Made by a program: the position numbers and the translations under genes. The notes below the pieces were generated by a model. That model made no database searches, was not told where the DNA came from, and saw only the letters and a list, made by a program, of their open reading frames with translations. This document shows positions 14,512-24,000 of a DNA stretch of 26,726 nt, piece after piece. Source of the DNA: an uncultured Nitratifractor sp. GTDB lineage: Bacteria; Campylobacterota; Campylobacteria; Campylobacterales; Sulfurovaceae. Position 1 is the stretch's first letter. Each line of letters begins with the position of its first letter. The DNA lies in NCBI GenBank assembly GCA_964393855.1, contig CAYMUV010000001.1, forward strand, positions 1 through 26,726. Reading direction: 5' to 3'.

Positions 14512-14862
14512 TTAGTTAAAAATAATGGCAACAATTGCAATTGCGAACTCTTTTTCGTGAGAAATCGATAAAGATGACTCTAAAATGTCAAATCTTTTAC
14601 TCTTAATGGAAAAAAATGGAGCACCTTTACTATTTTTTTCTATAACTATATCTTTAAAACTAAGCTCTTTTCCTATGCCACAACCTAATGCTTTAGATAT
14701 AGCCTCTTTTGCTGCCCAAAAACCTGCAATAGTCTCTACCTTTTTTGCAATTTTAATCTCTTCTTTACTTAAAAATTTAGATAAAAATTTTTCTCCAAAT
14801 TTATCTATAGACTCTTCTATCCTAGATATGCTTACTATATCTGTTCCAACTTTTATTGCCAT
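14512..14862 (-). CDS. acpS: Holo-[acyl-carrier-protein] synthase
   Basis: VGTDIVSISRI, AGFWAAKEAISKALG, GAP and LSISHE; starts 1 nt after the radA stop. Confidence 0.93.
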   Translation of the reverse strand: MAIKVGTDIVSISRIEESIDKFGEKFLSKFLSKEEIKIAKKVETIAGFWAAKEAISKALGCGIGKELSFKDIVIEKNSKGAPFFSIKSKRFDILESSLSISHEKEFAIAIVAIIFN

Positions 14863-14863
14863 T

Positions 14864-16207
14864 TTACATCCAATCTATAATTTTCTCTACACTTTGAGCT
14901 ACATAACATTTTAAATTTAAATCTTCTAAAGGTTTACTAGGAGTTATGGCGTTAGTAAAGCCTTGGGTTTTTGCCTCTTTTAATCTCTGCATCATATTTG
15001 GCACATCTCTAACCTCTCCTGTTAAGCTTACTTCCCCAATAAACATAGTTTTGCTACTTAGCTTTCTATCCCTAAAACTACTAAGTATTGCAGCAATAAT
15101 AGCTAAATCTGCACTTGTCTCTTGCACCTTAATTCCACCTACAACATTTACAAAAATATCATAAGTTCCAAGTGGTAAATCTAATTTTTTTTCTAATAGA
15201 GCTAAAAGCATATTTAACCTATTTGTATCAAAACCTGTTGAACTTCTTTTTGAGTTAGCATAACTTGGAGTAACTAAAGCCTGAACCTCTATAACTATTG
15301 GTCTAGAACCCTCCATAATTATAGTAAGAGCAGAACCTGGCATAAGTGTATCTTTATTAAAAAATCTTTCACTCATACTTTTTGCATCTCTTAAGCCATT
15401 GCTATCCATCTCAAATATACCAACTTCGTTAGTAGAGCCAAATCTGTTTTTAAAACTTCGAAGTAACCTTAAATCGCTATTTGTATCACCTTCGAAATAG
15501 AGAACTGTATCAACCATATGCTCTAAAACTCTAGGTCCTGCAATAGAGCCATCTTTAGTAATATGCCCAATTATAAATATAGGTATGTTTTTAGATTTTG
15601 CAAGTCGCATTAACTCAAATGTTATTGCTCTAACTTGTGTTACAGAACCTGGAGCAGAAGGAACATTATTGTCGTAAATAGTTTGAATCGAATCTATAAC
15701 TATAAATTGATAATCTTTGCTCTCTATCTCTTCTATAACATTTTCCATATTTATCTCTGCTAACAAATATAGATTATCACGATTTGCTCCGAGTCTGTCG
15801 CCTCTAAGTTTAATTTGAGATGCCGACTCTTCACCAGAAACATATAAAATATCTGCTCCTGTAGCTGCTAAATTACCAGCTATTTTTAAAAGCAGAGTAG
15901 ATTTACCAATTCCTGGGCTTCCACCAATAAGTGTTAAAGAACCAGGAACAATACCACCACCTAAAACTAAATCTAACTCTTTTGAATCACTACTAAATCT
16001 TACTACATCTTCGGCTTTTATTTTTGTAATAGGTATTGCCTTAGAGTCACTAATATTTTTAGAAGAACTCTTTTGCAAATACTCTATTTGCTCTTGATTT
16101 AACTCTATTAATGAGTCCCACGAATTACAACTTGGACATTTACCAGACCATCTAGGACTCTGAAAGCCACAATTTTGACACTCAAAAAGTGATTTCTTTT
16201 TTGCCAT
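14864..16207 (-). CDS. radA: DNA repair protein RadA/Sms
   Basis: C4 zinc finger (CQNCG...CPSC), Walker A GSPGIGKST, VSGEES, VIDSIQT, KNRFG and a Lon-like C-terminus. The second ATG (16207) fits the AGGA SD spacing. Confidence 0.97.
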   Translation of the reverse strand: MAKKKSLFECQNCGFQSPRWSGKCPSCNSWDSLIELNQEQIEYLQKSSSKNISDSKAIPITKIKAEDVVRFSSDSKELDLVLGGGIVPGSLTLIGGSPGIGKSTLLLKIAGNLAATGADILYVSGEESASQIKLRGDRLGANRDNLYLLAEINMENVIEEIESKDYQFIVIDSIQTIYDNNVPSAPGSVTQVRAITFELMRLAKSKNIPIFIIGHITKDGSIAGPRVLEHMVDTVLYFEGDTNSDLRLLRSFKNRFGSTNEVGIFEMDSNGLRDAKSMSERFFNKDTLMPGSALTIIMEGSRPIVIEVQALVTPSYANSKRSSTGFDTNRLNMLLALLEKKLDLPLGTYDIFVNVVGGIKVQETSADLAIIAAILSSFRDRKLSSKTMFIGEVSLTGEVRDVPNMMQRLKEAKTQGFTNAITPSKPLEDLNLKCYVAQSVEKIIDWM

Positions 16208-16305
16208 AACCATTCCTATTTTTTAAATACATTAATTAATATAAAATAATATCTTCTATTTTATCTAAAAATAATGAAATTTATAGGTTTATTTTTCTTT
16301 ATTTA

Positions 16306-16314
16306 TGATATAAT
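16306..16314 (+). promoter_or_regulatory. Extended -10 element TGATATAAT for the 662-aa signalling gene
   Basis: Perfect TGnTATAAT followed by AAGGAAGG SD and ATG 16345. Confidence 0.55.
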
Positions 16315-16344
16315 TTATTAAAAAGAAGGAAGGAAGAATAAATT

Positions 16345-18333
16345 ATGAATAAGCCCTTAAAAATGGGTTTAGTTGTTATGTCCATTACTTCGACTCTTGA
16401 AGCAAATGGATTTAATAACTTAACACCAACAATGTGGAATTGGATAGCAGTTGCCGTTTTAACATTACTATTTTTCATACTTTTAATATCAATAATTAGA
16501 GACATCAGAAAGAACAAAAAAAGAATTAATAGCATTTTAGTAAAAAATAAATGTGAATTAAATGCTAATAATAACTATATTAATGACATAAATACTAACA
16601 GAACAGAAAATACACTTAATTTAAAAAATAATATAAAAGAGTTAGAAGAGGATACAACACCTATAAATATTAAAAAACTAGAAGAGACTTACAAAGAGAT
16701 ATACCTTAATAATAAAGAAGAGGAAATATTTTTAAAAGTAACTGCAGATATAGATAAAAGCACTACTAAAGAGTTTAAGTTAAGAGAGTTGTTAAGTCAC
16801 TTAAAAGAGTATAATATAGTTAAACAACCAGGTATCATTACATCTAACCATAATCTTGTAGCTAATGAAGAGATTATTAGTGATATATTCTTTTTATTAA
16901 GTAAACATCAAACAGCTGAACATAGTTATAAAGAACCTAAATTTGATGTAGAGTTAAATGAAAATAGCAACAATTTAATTATTAAAATTGCAAGAAATTT
17001 AAAGTTAAATAGACATATAAATCAAGTATTCCTAAACAGCATAGAGCCAACTTACTCAAATATCTCAAAAAAGTATTATGGAATATATCTTTATTTAATT
17101 AAACGATTAGTCGATAAAATTAATGCTAAACTTATTATTAATAGCAATAAAGAAGAAGAGAGCTACAATGTATCTGTTAGCATACCTGTAGATATTAGAT
17201 ATGAGCAAGTTGTTAGCAGTAAACCAAATATGGTTCTTAAAACAACTAAAAAAGCACTTGTTATTTCAGACGAAGAGAGTGCTTACAAACTTTCTGAATA
17301 TCTAAAAACATTAAATTTTGATGTAGATAAAAAATATACAGAAAAGACAAATAAAGAGATACCTAACTTTATGGATTATGATATTGCTTTTGTAGATAGC
17401 AAGCTATTTGAACCAATTTTAACAGAGTATCTACAAACCATAAAAAAATATTCATCTCTAAAAGTAGTTGCAGTACTTAGTGAAAAAAATAGACTATACC
17501 CTTCTATACTTGTAGATGAAACAATAGATATAGATAAAGTTGATGCTAATTTATATAATAAAATTGGTTTAATATATAATAAAGATATGGTAGAAAAATC
17601 AGATGCTTCTAAAGAGAAAAGCAAGCCAATAGTATCTAACTACAAAAAACCTTTAAGAAAAGGTAGAGTCTTAATTGCAGACGACGATAAAACAAATTTA
17701 CATATTTTAGAATTTATGCTTAAAAAATATAGCATTGAAGTTACAAGTTGTAATGATGGTCAAGAGGTTTTAGATAAACTAAAAGAGAGTGGTTTTGATT
17801 TAATTATATTAGATAGTGTTATGCCAAGACTAGATGGTTATCAAACTATTAAAAAAATTAGAGAAAATGAAAAATATAACTCTATACCAGTTGTTATCCA
17901 CACATCTTTCTCTCTTAAAAAGAGTAGTATGAGTAACATATTTAAATTAGGTTTTGACTCATATTTACCAAAACCATTTAATAAGAAAGATTTAGAATCA
18001 TTACTAGAAAGATATGTAAAAATTAGCAAACTAAAACAAAAAGATAAAACTATAGACAAAGATAGCCTAAAAGAGTTTATAGCAATTTATAGCGAAAGCG
18101 ACAAAATGTTAGAGAGATATATAAAAGAGAAAAGAGACGCTCAAGCTTTAGCCCTTATTAAAGATTTACAAACTATCTCTTCTAAAATTGATGCTAATGA
18201 TTTTGTAAACTCATTAGATAGCATTAAAGATGCAATTAAAAATAATGGCAATTTAGATGACTCTTTAATTTACTCTATGTCAGATAAATTAAAAGAGTTA
18301 AAGAGTAATATAATGAAGAGTCTAAGTGCATAA
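16345..18333 (+). CDS. Membrane-anchored response regulator receiver protein with degenerate HATPase-like, pseudo-receiver and HPt-like regions
   Basis: N-terminal hydrophobic segments. One canonical REC domain (VLIADDD...DLIILDSVMP..DG...HTS...YLPKPF). Remnants of a kinase ATP domain, a second REC and an HPt are seen by eye. Confidence 0.8.
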   Translation: MNKPLKMGLVVMSITSTLEANGFNNLTPTMWNWIAVAVLTLLFFILLISIIRDIRKNKKRINSILVKNKCELNANNNYINDINTNRTENTLNLKNNIKELEEDTTPINIKKLEETYKEIYLNNKEEEIFLKVTADIDKSTTKEFKLRELLSHLKEYNIVKQPGIITSNHNLVANEEIISDIFFLLSKHQTAEHSYKEPKFDVELNENSNNLIIKIARNLKLNRHINQVFLNSIEPTYSNISKKYYGIYLYLIKRLVDKINAKLIINSNKEEESYNVSVSIPVDIRYEQVVSSKPNMVLKTTKKALVISDEESAYKLSEYLKTLNFDVDKKYTEKTNKEIPNFMDYDIAFVDSKLFEPILTEYLQTIKKYSSLKVVAVLSEKNRLYPSILVDETIDIDKVDANLYNKIGLIYNKDMVEKSDASKEKSKPIVSNYKKPLRKGRVLIADDDKTNLHILEFMLKKYSIEVTSCNDGQEVLDKLKESGFDLIILDSVMPRLDGYQTIKKIRENEKYNSIPVVIHTSFSLKKSSMSNIFKLGFDSYLPKPFNKKDLESLLERYVKISKLKQKDKTIDKDSLKEFIAIYSESDKMLERYIKEKRDAQALALIKDLQTISSKIDANDFVNSLDSIKDAIKNNGNLDDSLIYSMSDKLKELKSNIMKSLSA

Positions 18334-18368
18334 CTTAGCCTTTTTGCATATATCTATTTTTACTCCCC

Positions 18369-19238
18369 CTACTCTTCGCCATAAATTTCATCTAAAATTG
18401 AATTAATATACCATTTAACATCGAACTTAATTAAATCTTTTGGTTGCTCCCCTACCCCAATATAATATAGTGGCATTTTAAGTTCGTGAGCAATTGTCAA
18501 AAGAGAGCCTCCTTTAGCAGTACCATCTAACTTAGTAACTATAATTCCATCTATTCCTATCATTTCGTTAAAAGCTTTAGCTTGATTTACAGTAGAACTT
18601 CCTTGAGTACCATCTAATATTAACATTTTTCTATGCGGAGCACCATCTAAGGCTTTATTGGCTACTCTTACCATTTTTTTAAGCTCTTCTGATAAATTAA
18701 CTTGTGTATGCAATCTTCCTGCAGTATCTATAATTACATTATCTACATCTTTTGCAATAGCAGATTTAATGGTATCAAAAACAACTGCAGATGGGTCGTG
18801 CCCCTGTCTTGTAGCAACTATAGGAATATCTAATTTTGCAGCCCATCGGCTTAATTGCTCGATTGCAGCTGCTCTAAATGTATCTCCAGCACCTAGCATA
18901 ACTCTTTTGCCACTCTCTTTATATTGATAAGCAAGTTTAGATATAGTTGTTGTCTTTCCTGCACCATTTATACCTATAATCATCTCTACAAATGGCTTTT
19001 GTCCCTCTGGATATATCCAATTTGCTTTATAATCAAATACAGCTACCAAAGAGTTATAGAGTTGTGTTCTGCTAACTTGATTAGGCAACTGCTCTAGCAT
19101 ACTCTCTATTAACTCATAACTAACATCTGCTTCTAAAAGCAAATCTTCTAATTCATCTTTTTCTACTTTATCTCGTTTAATTTTTTTTGGCTCTTCTTCT
19201 TTAGAGCTACTAAATGCTTTCTTAATAAAACCAAACAT
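18369..19238 (-). CDS. ftsY: Signal recognition particle receptor FtsY
   Basis: GINGAGKTTT, DTFRAAA, DTAGRL and TKLDGTAKGG; NG-domain form. Confidence 0.97.
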   Translation of the reverse strand: MFGFIKKAFSSSKEEEPKKIKRDKVEKDELEDLLLEADVSYELIESMLEQLPNQVSRTQLYNSLVAVFDYKANWIYPEGQKPFVEMIIGINGAGKTTTISKLAYQYKESGKRVMLGAGDTFRAAAIEQLSRWAAKLDIPIVATRQGHDPSAVVFDTIKSAIAKDVDNVIIDTAGRLHTQVNLSEELKKMVRVANKALDGAPHRKMLILDGTQGSSTVNQAKAFNEMIGIDGIIVTKLDGTAKGGSLLTIAHELKMPLYYIGVGEQPKDLIKFDVKWYINSILDEIYGEE

Positions 19239-19326
19239 TTATATCCTTATAGTTATAATACATTTTTTAGATCTTAGCATAGAAGCTATATTCTTTTTAG
19301 CGATTATATCAAAAAAGGCTATAATA

Positions 19327-19887
19327 ATGGATAAAAATAAAATAAAAGATAAATTTAGAAAAGAGGCACTTAAAAATTTAAAAAAAGCAAGAGTTAATAA
19401 TTACAAAAGAGATAAATTAATTACAAAAAGAGTATATAACGAAATAAAAAGAAGCAAAAGTAAAGATATAATGCTATTTATTCCACTAAAAACAGAGCCA
19501 AATATTACCCCACTAATAAAGCTATTAAGAGAAAAAGGGTATAATTTATATGTTCCTTTTATTAATGGAACAAGCTTTAAATTGGTTCCATATAGATTAC
19601 CAATTAAGATAAAAAAATTTAAAATTAAAGAGCCAAATAATTCATATAAAAAAGTAAAAAAGATAGATTTAGCCATTGTTCCTTTGCTAGGAGTTGATAA
19701 AAATTATAAAAGAGTAGGATTTGGCAAAGGTATGTATGATAGATTTTATGAAAAATTTAATAAAAAAATTAATAAAACTATCTTTTTTCAAAGAGATATA
19801 TACTATATTAATAAGGTTGTAACAAATAGCTACGATATTAGTGCGAATGCTATTATTACAAACTCTATAGTAGAAATAGATATATAA
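19327..19887 (+). CDS. ygfA: 5-formyltetrahydrofolate cyclo-ligase
   Basis: EPN, LYVPF, IDLAIVPLLGVD and RVGFGKGMYDRF; upstream of rny. Confidence 0.88.
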   Translation: MDKNKIKDKFRKEALKNLKKARVNNYKRDKLITKRVYNEIKRSKSKDIMLFIPLKTEPNITPLIKLLREKGYNLYVPFINGTSFKLVPYRLPIKIKKFKIKEPNNSYKKVKKIDLAIVPLLGVDKNYKRVGFGKGMYDRFYEKFNKKINKTIFFQRDIYYINKVVTNSYDISANAIITNSIVEIDI

Positions 19888-19915
19888 TTATTTGCTTAAT
19901 AACAAAGGAAGTATA

Positions 19916-21382
19916 TTGATAACTACAATAATAAGTTTTCTATTTTCGGTTTTTGGGGCATTAGTTGGCTGGTTTGCGGCTCAATTTTATGCAAAAAATA
20001 AGTTTAAAGAGTATGAATTAGAAGCAAAAGCTAAAGCTAATGTAATTAAAAATGAAGCATCAGAGATAATAAACAATGCAAAAGAGCAAAGCAAAGAGTT
20101 TGAATTAAAACTTAAGCAACAAGAGCTATCTTTAAAAGATAAAGAGCAAACATTAGAGAGAAAAGCAAGATTAATTAACGAAAAAGAGATACGCTTAGAA
20201 GAGCTTGCTAAAAAACAAGACAATACATTAAATGAACTTACAGAAAAGCTATCTAAAGTAGCATCTATGACAAAAAAAGAGGCAAGAGAACATCTGCTAG
20301 AGCTTCATAAAAAAGAGATAGAATCAGACTTAGCAAAAGAGTCAAGAAAAATGATTAAACTAGCGAAAGAGGAGCAAGAGAAGTTAGCAAACTATATGCT
20401 AGCACAAGCTGTTGCAAGATATGCTGGTGATTTTGCAGGAGAGAGATTAATAAATAGCATTAACCTTCCTAGTGATGAGCACAAAGGTAGAATTATTGGT
20501 AAAGAGGGTCGAAATATTAAGGCACTTGAACAACTATTAGGCGTAGATATAATTATAGATGAAACCCCTGGAGTTATATTAGTTAGTAACTTTAATTTAT
20601 ATAGAAGAGCTATTGCAACAGAGGTAATTAAGCGATTAGTAGAAGATGGCAGAATCCATCCAGGCAAGATAGAAGAGATACACGAAAAAGTACAAAAAGA
20701 GTTTGAGCAAAAGATATTTGAAGAGGGAGAGAGAGTAGTATTAGATTTAGGTCTATACCCTATGCATGAAGAGCTTATAAAATTGATTGGTAGATTAAAA
20801 TATCGTGCAAGTTATGGACAAAATACTCTACTACACTCTCTTGAAGTTGCAAGATTATCTAAAAGTTTAGCTGCAGAGATGGGTGGAGATGAGAAACTTG
20901 CTCTAAGAGCTGGCTTGCTACACGATATTGGTAAAGCACTAACACAAGATTTCGATGGAAATCATGTAGATTTAGGCGCAGAACTTTGTAGAAAATATAA
21001 TGAACACCCTATTGTAATTAATGCAATATATGCACACCACGGACACGAAGAGCCAGTTTCGGTAGAGAGTGCAGCAGTTTGTACTGCAGATATATTAAGT
21101 GCAGCAAGACCAGGAGCAAGAAGAGAGGTGTTAGAGAGCTTTACAAAAAGGGTAAAAGAGCTAGAGAAAATTGCACTAAGCTACAACGGTGTAATGCAAG
21201 CTTATGCTATTAATGCAGGTAGAGAGATTAGAGTATTTATAGACTCTATGGAAGTTAGCGACGATGAACTTGCTCTCCTTACACACAATATTGCAAAAGA
21301 TATAGAAAATAAGCTACAATATCCAGGAGAGATTAAAGTACACGCAATTAGACAGACAAAAGCTATCGAATTTGCAAAATAA
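19916..21382 (+). CDS. rny: Ribonuclease Y
   Basis: N-terminal TM, coiled coil, KH domain (KGRIIGKEGRNI), HD domain (LLHDIGKA, HH, AD.LSAARPGAR) and AINAGREIRV. The likely start is TTG 19916 behind AAAGGAAG; the track gives 19892. Confidence 0.96.
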   Translation: MITTIISFLFSVFGALVGWFAAQFYAKNKFKEYELEAKAKANVIKNEASEIINNAKEQSKEFELKLKQQELSLKDKEQTLERKARLINEKEIRLEELAKKQDNTLNELTEKLSKVASMTKKEAREHLLELHKKEIESDLAKESRKMIKLAKEEQEKLANYMLAQAVARYAGDFAGERLINSINLPSDEHKGRIIGKEGRNIKALEQLLGVDIIIDETPGVILVSNFNLYRRAIATEVIKRLVEDGRIHPGKIEEIHEKVQKEFEQKIFEEGERVVLDLGLYPMHEELIKLIGRLKYRASYGQNTLLHSLEVARLSKSLAAEMGGDEKLALRAGLLHDIGKALTQDFDGNHVDLGAELCRKYNEHPIVINAIYAHHGHEEPVSVESAAVCTADILSAARPGARREVLESFTKRVKELEKIALSYNGVMQAYAINAGREIRVFIDSMEVSDDELALLTHNIAKDIENKLQYPGEIKVHAIRQTKAIEFAK

Positions 21383-21402
21383 ATTTTAAATAAAGGATTA
21401 AA

Positions 21403-21918
21403 ATGAGAAAAATTACATTAGCAATTGCTTTTATAACAGCTACTTTAAGTGCAAATGTTGTACTAGATACAAACTATGGCAAAATAGAGTTAAAACTATT
21501 TCCTAAAGCTGCGCCACTAGCAGTAGAAAACTTTAGAAAATTGACTCAAAAAGGCTACTATAACGGTGTTATATTTCATAGAGTTATTAAAGATTTTATG
21601 ATTCAAGGTGGCGATCCAACAGGCACAGGAATGGGTGGAGAGTCTATTTGGCACAAAGAGTTTAAAAACGAGTATAAACCAAATTTAATTTTTGATAGAC
21701 CATATCTTTTAGCAATGGCTAATCATGGCCCAAATACTAATGGAAGTCAATTTTTTATAACTGTTAAGCCAACTGCTTGGCTAAATGGTGGTTATACAAT
21801 TTTTGGTAAAGTTGTAAAAGGGCAAAAGGTAGTAGATACAATAGACCATGTTCAAACAGGTGCTAACGATAGACCAATAAAACAAGTTATAATTAAAAAA
21901 GCTTACATTACTAAATAA
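21403..21918 (+). CDS. ppiA: Cyclophilin-type peptidyl-prolyl isomerase with Sec signal peptide
   Basis: FHRVIKDFMIQGGD, LAMANHGPNTNGSQFFI and YTIFGKV; signal MRKITLAIAFITATLSA. Confidence 0.9.
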   Translation: MRKITLAIAFITATLSANVVLDTNYGKIELKLFPKAAPLAVENFRKLTQKGYYNGVIFHRVIKDFMIQGGDPTGTGMGGESIWHKEFKNEYKPNLIFDRPYLLAMANHGPNTNGSQFFITVKPTAWLNGGYTIFGKVVKGQKVVDTIDHVQTGANDRPIKQVIIKKAYITK

Positions 21919-22808
21919 TGGACTTAAACAAATTAAGACAAGAGCGCCAAAAGTGGCTCTCTTGGAAAAACATTGCTCCAATTAACGAAGCACTAAATAA
22001 TCTTACTATCCCCAATATAATCGATGTAAAATTAAATGATGCAATCGAAATTAAAATAGAAGATAAAAATTTAGAAGAGATAAAAAAAGTTGCAAAACTT
22101 ATGAAACCTTGGCGAAAAGGTCCATTTAAAATTAACTCTTTATTTATCGATAGCGAATGGAGAAGTTATATAAAGTATAATCTAATTAGACCATACTTTA
22201 ATTTAAACAATAAAGTAGTAGCAGATGTTGGCTGCAATAACGGCTACTATATGTTTAAAATGTTAGAAGATAATCCAAAAAAAATAGTAGGTTTTGACCC
22301 TTCTGCTTTAAACTACTTGCAATTTAAATTTATAGATAGTTTTGTAAACTCAAATATAGTTTACGAAATGCTTGGTATTGAGCATATAGAGTATTATGAA
22401 CATAAATTTGATACAATATTTTGTCTAGGTGTTTTATACCACAGAAGCGACCCTATTGGCTCGTTAAAATCTCTTTATAAATCTTTAAATAAAAATGGAG
22501 AGTTAATTTTAGATACTTTTATGATAGATGGCGACAAAGATATATGCTTAACACCTAAAGAGCGCTACTCTAAAATACCAAATATCTATTTTATACCAAC
22601 AGTTAATGCACTTAAAAACTGGTGCTTTAGAGCTGGATTTAAAGATATAAAAGTTTTAGAAATTAAAAAAACAGATTTAACAGAGCAAAGAAAAACAGAT
22701 TGGATTGATTCGCAAAGTCTAAATGACTTTTTAGATAAAAACAACCCAGAACTAACAACAGAAGGCTATCCTGCACCAAAAAGAGTCTATATAAAAGCCA
22801 TAAAATAG
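21918..22808 (+). CDS. cmoB: tRNA U34 carboxymethyltransferase
   Basis: PWRKGPF, IDSEWRS, DVGCNNGYY, GVLYHR and TEGYPAPKR; TAATG stop/start overlap with the cyclophilin gene. Confidence 0.93.
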   Translation: MDLNKLRQERQKWLSWKNIAPINEALNNLTIPNIIDVKLNDAIEIKIEDKNLEEIKKVAKLMKPWRKGPFKINSLFIDSEWRSYIKYNLIRPYFNLNNKVVADVGCNNGYYMFKMLEDNPKKIVGFDPSALNYLQFKFIDSFVNSNIVYEMLGIEHIEYYEHKFDTIFCLGVLYHRSDPIGSLKSLYKSLNKNGELILDTFMIDGDKDICLTPKERYSKIPNIYFIPTVNALKNWCFRAGFKDIKVLEIKKTDLTEQRKTDWIDSQSLNDFLDKNNPELTTEGYPAPKRVYIKAIK

Positions 22809-22912
22809 CACTTTTACAATATCTTTGCTAAATTTATTATGCTACATTTAGTTATAAAATAAGATTTTTTTATCTATTTTTACCATATAAACTACTATTA
22901 CCCTTTATTATA

Positions 22913-22921
22913 TGATACAAT
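22913..22921 (+). promoter_or_regulatory. Extended -10 element TGATACAAT for the TAXI operon
   Basis: TGn plus TACAAT, SD AAGGAG at 22941-22946 and ATG 22952. Confidence 0.5.
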
Positions 22922-22951
22922 AAAAATGATATTAAATCAAAAGGAGAAAAA

Positions 22952-23905
22952 ATGGTTAAACTAACTAAATCTGTAGTAGCAGCATCAATGCTACTTGTGG
23001 GTTCTGCTTCGGCTTCACAATTTATTACAATTGGTACTGGTGGAGTAACAGGAACATACTATCCAACAGGTGGTGCAATTTGTCGTATGATGAATAAAGA
23101 GAAGAAAAAAACAGGTATTAGATGTTCGGTAGAATCTACTGGTGGTTCTGTATATAATGTTAATACTATTAATGCAGGTGAGCTAGATTTTGGTATCTCT
23201 CAAAGTGATACAGCCTATCAAGCATACAATGGAGAAGGTAAATTTAAAGGTAAAGCTATTAAAGGTCTTCGCTCAGTAATGGCAATCTATCCTGAACTTT
23301 TAGCATTTGTTGTAACTAAAAAATCTGGAATTAAATCTTTAGCAGATGCGAAGGGTAAGCGTGTTAATGTAGACACTCCAGGTTCAGGTACTCGTATGAC
23401 AACAGAGATTGTTTTAAAAGCATTTGGAATTAAAAAAAGTGATTTTAAATCTGTAGATGAACTTAAATCTTCAGAAGGTCCTACACTGCTTAAAGATGAC
23501 CATATAGATGGGTATTTTGCTGTATTTGGACACCCAACTGCAAATATTAAAGATGCTGCAAACTCTGTAGATATCGACTTAGTTCCAATCGACGGTAAAC
23601 CAATAGATGAATTAGTAAAAAAATACCCTTACTATGCAAAAGGTATAATTTCTGGTACATTCTATAAAGGTGTAACTCACGACACTCCAAGTATTGGTGT
23701 AAAAGCTGTTTTATGTACTAAAGATAGTATAGATGAAAAAGTAGTATATGCTTTAACTAAAACTATTTTAGATAACTTCGAAGCATTTAAAAAGCTTCAC
23801 CCAGCATACAAAACTATTACAAAAGAGAGTCTTTTAGATGGTTTAAGTATTCCTCAACACCCAGGTGCTGTTAAAGCATTTAAAGAGGCTGGTATCTTAA
23901 AATAA
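22952..23905 (+). CDS. TAXI-family TRAP transporter solute-binding protein
   Basis: Sec signal; ITIGTGGVTGTYYP, VESTGGSVYNV, GISQSD, LYPE-like AIYPE, PGSG and PQHPGA. Confidence 0.93.
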   Translation: MVKLTKSVVAASMLLVGSASASQFITIGTGGVTGTYYPTGGAICRMMNKEKKKTGIRCSVESTGGSVYNVNTINAGELDFGISQSDTAYQAYNGEGKFKGKAIKGLRSVMAIYPELLAFVVTKKSGIKSLADAKGKRVNVDTPGSGTRMTTEIVLKAFGIKKSDFKSVDELKSSEGPTLLKDDHIDGYFAVFGHPTANIKDAANSVDIDLVPIDGKPIDELVKKYPYYAKGIISGTFYKGVTHDTPSIGVKAVLCTKDSIDEKVVYALTKTILDNFEAFKKLHPAYKTITKESLLDGLSIPQHPGAVKAFKEAGILK

Positions 23906-23913
23906 TTACTTAC

Positions 23914-23985
23914 TAATCTTCGCTATATGCGAAGATTATAGTATCTACTCTAAACTTTAAATAGAGATTAGTGTAGATACTATAA
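23914..23985 (+). other. Two adjacent RNA hairpins between the binding-protein and permease genes
   Basis: TAATCTTCGC (23914-23923) pairs with GCGAAGATTA (23929-23938); TTATAGTATCTAC (23936-23948) pairs with GTAGATACTATAA (23973-23985). Both stems are perfect and end 3 nt before the permease SD. Confidence 0.8.
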
Positions 23986-24000
23986 CAAGAGGAGAAAAGT

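Noticed and set aside
18369-19238. FtsY lacking the long acidic A domain
   Set aside because: NG-only FtsY is common outside enterobacteria.
19239-19326. 6S RNA upstream of ygfA, as in many bacteria
   Set aside because: The gap is only 88 bp, holds divergent promoter and SD signals, and cannot form the long 6S hairpin.
19320-19329. TATAAT immediately before the ygfA ATG as a leaderless promoter
   Set aside because: The hexamer ends 1 nt before the ATG, too close for a leaderless start; AAGG at 19315-19318 works as an SD and another TATAAT lies at 19254-19259.
22807-22832. AGCAC...TTTGCT as a sigma54 promoter for the TAXI operon
   Set aside because: It lacks the GG-N10-GC spacing; an extended -10 closer to the gene is a better candidate.
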